Positions 60,543 to 64,000 of a stretch of 64,000 bases of DNA are shown here, one piece after another; the stretch's first letter is position 1; every line of letters starts with the position of its first letter. Made by a program: the position numbers and the translations under genes. The DNA lies in contig OZ244034.1 of assembly GCA_965215185.1 (NCBI GenBank), positions 576,001 to 640,000 on the forward strand, written 5' to 3'. A model generated the notes under the pieces. The model was not told the DNA's origin. It made no database searches and worked only from the letters and a program-made list of their open reading frames with translations. This DNA comes from Acidimicrobiia bacterium (lineage in GTDB: Bacteria > Actinomycetota > Acidimicrobiia > Spongiisociales > ZC4RG35).

Positions 60543-61244
60543 TCAGGAGAGGGTGGGATAAGCGTCGTACCCGTCTATCCCGATGGTCACCGAGGTGACG
60601 GGTTGAGCCTTTTTCTCCATGATTGCGGCCAGTCGTTTTTCCAGATGCCCGTAGCCGACCACCCGGGTCACCAGAGGCAGGTCCAGCCAATCTGCTATCT
60701 CTTGGGCCCTAGCCATTGTTCCTGCCTCTTCGACTTGGATCAGGTAGATAACTCGGCGGTAGTTTCCGAACATCATCTCCTTTAATTCCGGGTGCTGTTC
60801 GAGCCTCAGTCCCTCCATGACCAGGTTCTTCCAGGACTTGACCAGGAAATCGGTTAGAAAAAAGGTACCGGGTTCTTCCTCCATCAGCCTGACGAACTCT
60901 TCACCGCCGAACATCTCGTAGCAATGAGGTCCGAGGGTCCGCGCCACGCCGGCTTTCTTGAGCATGGGATCCAGATCCGGGGCCCCGCAATGTCCATATA
61001 CCACCACTTGGCGGTCGAAATCCTCTCGGGTTTCGGCCAGCTTCTCGGCGACCGCTCCCGTGATCAACTGGGGCCGATTGTGGAGTCGGGCGTTAATAAC
61101 CCGCAGTTCCACATCCCATCCGTAGCGGTCGATGATCTCGCGCAGTTCCTTGCCCAGGGCGGCGCACGCCACCATCACTGTCCGTTCTTGTTTGTTCTTC
61201 GAATGGGCCCCAGGTGAAAGTTGTTGGGAGGAGGGCGGATTCAT
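60543..61244 (-). CDS. DUF1638 family protein
   Basis: ACAAL..E, LHN.P..I, V.YG.CG, HCYEMF.G, EPGTFFLTDFL and FGNY; ATGA overlap with the upstream gene. Confidence 0.82.
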   Translation of the reverse strand: MNPPSSQQLSPGAHSKNKQERTVMVACAALGKELREIIDRYGWDVELRVINARLHNRPQLITGAVAEKLAETREDFDRQVVVYGHCGAPDLDPMLKKAGVARTLGPHCYEMFGGEEFVRLMEEEPGTFFLTDFLVKSWKNLVMEGLRLEQHPELKEMMFGNYRRVIYLIQVEEAGTMARAQEIADWLDLPLVTRVVGYGHLEKRLAAIMEKKAQPVTSVTIGIDGYDAYPTLS

Positions 61245-61567
61245 GTCCCGCTTTGTCCTGCCTGGTGGGCGGCGATGAGCGATCGACGCAGTTCCGAAAG
61301 ACGGGTGGAGGGATACTGGGCTTCGAGCCTCTCGACAATCCGGTCCGCCACTTCGTCCGGTCTTCCAGGCTCGGTAACCGGATCTGCCCATGACCAGCCG
61401 GCCATGTATGAGTCCTCGTCGGTGCGCCCGGTCATGGTGGCCACCGAATCCACCGCCACCTGAAAACGTTTGCTCAGATGCTTCCTCACCCGGCCCCGGC
61501 GACCATCCCTGGTTGCCTTCACACCAACGGGGATTTCATCCCAATAAAGAATCTGATAGGTGGCCAT
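61241..61567 (-). CDS. Virulence_fact (CvfC-like) family small protein
   Basis: ILYW.EIP..VKA, L..RFQ.AVD..A...G....D.Y...W and LEA.Y...RL. Confidence 0.78.
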   Translation of the reverse strand: MATYQILYWDEIPVGVKATRDGRRGRVRKHLSKRFQVAVDSVATMTGRTDEDSYMAGWSWADPVTEPGRPDEVADRIVERLEAQYPSTRLSELRRSLIAAHQAGQSGT

Positions 61568-61606
61568 CCCCGGCCTCCACGGTGGAGAATGTGTCCTGCA
61601 GGAATG

Positions 61607-62818
61607 TTAGCGAGGTTGCAATTCGGCGACCATACCTGCCACAAGAGCCGCCCGGGGCGCCAGGCTGTCGAGTTCGATGTATTCGTTGCGGGTCATCAGG
61701 CCACCCCCTACCGGTCCCAGTCCATCCAAAACGGCGGTGGTAGGGCTGCGAAAGGACACGCTTCCGGCGGCCGGCGACCGGAAGGCTTCGATATCGATGG
61801 AGAGATGTCCTCCCACCCGTTTGGCAATGGAGAGCAAATGGGAGGCGCCCTTATCCCAATGGACACCGGGCCGGTGATTGTGGGTGAGAAGCTTGATCTT
61901 TGCGCCGGAGTCGTTTTCCACCGAGCGAGCCAAGGCGGTCATGCGCTCCACGACCGCCTCCCAGAACTGGGCACCCCTGGTCCGGATGTCCACAATCGCG
62001 GTGGCTTGACCGGGAGTGACACTGCGGCGCCGTCCGGCCTGGGCCATAGTCACCGTTATGTAGGTGCCCTGGGCTTCATTGGTGAGACCGTTGAAAGCCA
62101 CGACCAGCCAGGCAAGAGCCTCCAAAGCGTTCACCCCCTCCGCATGGGCAGACCCGGTGTGGGATTCTTCCCCGGTGACCTCTATCTTCCCTACGCCGAT
62201 ATGCCCGCGGCTGGCCATCAGCTTCCCACCGCGGCGGGCACATTCCATGCCGAAACACCAATCGGCCCCGTTCCCCGCCTGCTCGATAACCGGGCGGGAG
62301 CCAAGGCTGCCGGCCTGTTCGTCTCCGGAGAGCACCAGGGCGATGTCAGGGAGGTCCACGCTGAGGTGACGCAGCGCCTCCAGAGCGGCGACCGTCACCA
62401 CCAGCCCTCCTTTCATATCTGCCACTCCCGGCCCATAGGCTCTTCCTCCCTTGATCCGGAAACCGAATCCGGCCAGACTCCCGCGTGGGAAGGCGGTGTC
62501 GAGATCTCCCACAAGTAGCAGGCGACCGGGCTTTTCTCCGGCCCGAAACCCCGAATACGCGGAGCCCAGGCCGCTATAGGGGATACCCGGGGACATCAGT
62601 TCCTCCAGCCAGCGCAGCGAATCGGGAATCGGCTGCTGTTTCACCTCCGTGAAGGCAAACCCCAACGGCTCCAATTTCCCGATGACGAGCGAAGCCACCT
62701 CTGCCACTCCGACTGGATCGGAGGCATGGCTCTCGATGTTTACCAACTGCTCCAGCAGCTCGTTCAGAAGCGGCTGCCGGGATTCAAGCCACTGTCTGGC
62801 CAAGTGTCCGATTCCCAT
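61607..62818 (-). CDS. M20 family protein (carboxypeptidase G2-like) with substituted metal ligands
   Basis: LEQLVNIES, GPGVADMKGG, G..SH.G.....GVNA and LDGLGPVG; contains GDLDT, DEQ and GGLMT in place of GHxDT, DEE and GxxH. Confidence 0.85.
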   Translation of the reverse strand: MGIGHLARQWLESRQPLLNELLEQLVNIESHASDPVGVAEVASLVIGKLEPLGFAFTEVKQQPIPDSLRWLEELMSPGIPYSGLGSAYSGFRAGEKPGRLLLVGDLDTAFPRGSLAGFGFRIKGGRAYGPGVADMKGGLVVTVAALEALRHLSVDLPDIALVLSGDEQAGSLGSRPVIEQAGNGADWCFGMECARRGGKLMASRGHIGVGKIEVTGEESHTGSAHAEGVNALEALAWLVVAFNGLTNEAQGTYITVTMAQAGRRRSVTPGQATAIVDIRTRGAQFWEAVVERMTALARSVENDSGAKIKLLTHNHRPGVHWDKGASHLLSIAKRVGGHLSIDIEAFRSPAAGSVSFRSPTTAVLDGLGPVGGGLMTRNEYIELDSLAPRAALVAGMVAELQPR

Positions 62819-62885
62819 AGCCGTCAAGGATATTGGGAACTCGCGGATGTAAGATATTCTCCGGACAAACAAGGAGTTAAAACCT

Positions 62886-63910
62886 ATGGCAAAAAAGACA
62901 GAGTTCGGAGTGCGGCTCCCGGTGGCCGGGCCTTTGGCTAACACGAAGGACATCCGACGTTCGGCGGTGCGCTCCGAGGAACTGGGATTCGATGCCCTGT
63001 GGGTCCACGACTTCCTGGCCTGGACTACCTTCCAGGATCGCCACCACGTTTCGTGCGGGTCCCGCGAGGCGGTGGAAGCCTCCGACTCGCCTCCTGTCTT
63101 CTTTGAGTCCTTGACCAACATGGCGTTCTTGGCGGGAATTACCAACCGGATCCGCATCGGGGTGGCGGTGCTCTGCCTTCCTTACCGCAATCCGCTGGTG
63201 GCCGCCAAACAGGTGGCCAACATCGATGTGCTCAGCAACGGTCGGGTGATTTTCGGGATCGGAACCGGCGCTCCCAAAAGTACCCACAATGTCGACTTCG
63301 AGGTGCTGGGCGTTCCCCGGAAGACCAAATATCACGTGACGCGGGACTATCTGCGGGCCATGCGAACCATCTGGACCGAGGACTATCCCTCCTATCAAGG
63401 CGAGTATTTCAGCTTTCCCGAGACGGAGATCTGGCCCAAGCCGGTGCAAAAGCCCTACCCGCCGATCTGGACCGGCGGTCACGGCCCCACAGCAATGGAC
63501 ATCACCGCCGAGTTTTCGACCGGGTGGATCCCGCCCTGGATCCCACCGGACATTTACCCCGAACGCATCAGCAACCTCGAGCGACTGGCGGCCGAGAAAG
63601 GACGAGCCGGGACCGAGTTCGACATTGCCACCGAGGTGTATGTGTCGTTGGCCGAAACTCGGGAAGAGGCCATCTCCTCGGCGCAGAAGACCTTGGGAGT
63701 GTTGACCGAAGGCTTCGACCACACCGCCACCCAGGAGGCGATCAGCGCCGCGGGTTTGGTGGGAAGCGCCGACGACATCGGAGAAAAGATTGTCAGGTAT
63801 GTGGAGGCGGGCGTCAACCATTACGAGATGAATTCATATACCACACTGTCGATCATCTGCTGGAACAACTCGAGCACTTCGCTTCGGCGGTTGCCCCGGC
63901 GTTCCGTTAG
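62886..63910 (+). CDS. LLM-class flavin/F420-dependent oxidoreductase with a 1-nt frameshift near 63831
   Basis: ATG at 62886: MAKKTEFGVRLP, GFDALWVHD, IGVAVL.LPYRNP, LSNGR and PKPVQKP.PPIW.GG. The expected C-terminus FIYHTVDHLLEQLEHFASAVAPAFR* is in another frame. Confidence 0.85.
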
Positions 63911-64000
63911 AGACCTCGGTGAGGCAAAGCATCGGCGAGAAGGAGTCCTCTCCTTGAAGACAATCAGATTCCGTGCACCATCGGGGGTTGAGTTGGCGGC

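Overview
GC-rich, mostly housekeeping bacterial chromosome. Gene order and protein families point to Actinomycetota, probably Acidimicrobiia. The SLH/RCC1-like repeat proteins and NiSOD would fit a marine or host-associated lineage; this is inference only. Core blocks: rel-MBL hydrolase-hisS-aspS-rarA-ppgK; moaA-orphan-hflX; korAB; sodX/sodN; metG; deoC-aldehyde dehydrogenases; rplY-pth-pgsA-SDR-mfd-PPIase-mazG; eno-ftsB-DUF501-ppx...tRNA-Leu(TAA); ribF-rpsO-pnp-hisC; nfuA. I found no CRISPR array, rRNA, transposase or integrase. Most unusual signals: (1) a lipoprotein hydrolase whose Thr-rich linker reads as an 83-codon His/Asn-rich tract between two compensating 2-nt indels; (2) two exported proteins built from about 37-aa C..CWG beta-propeller repeats (7 and 15+14 blades) with a conserved framework and variable loops, one SLH-anchored; (3) an M20/carboxypeptidase-G2-like protein with three substituted metal ligands, heading a putative operon with Virulence_fact-like and DUF1638-like genes and divergent from an LLM oxidoreductase; (4) a NiSOD whose Ni-hook has Phe in place of the conserved Pro; (5) apparent ATC and CTG start codons; (6) a 2.8-kb insertion between ppx and tRNA-Leu(TAA). 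All family assignments come from motif recognition by eye; no database search was run.
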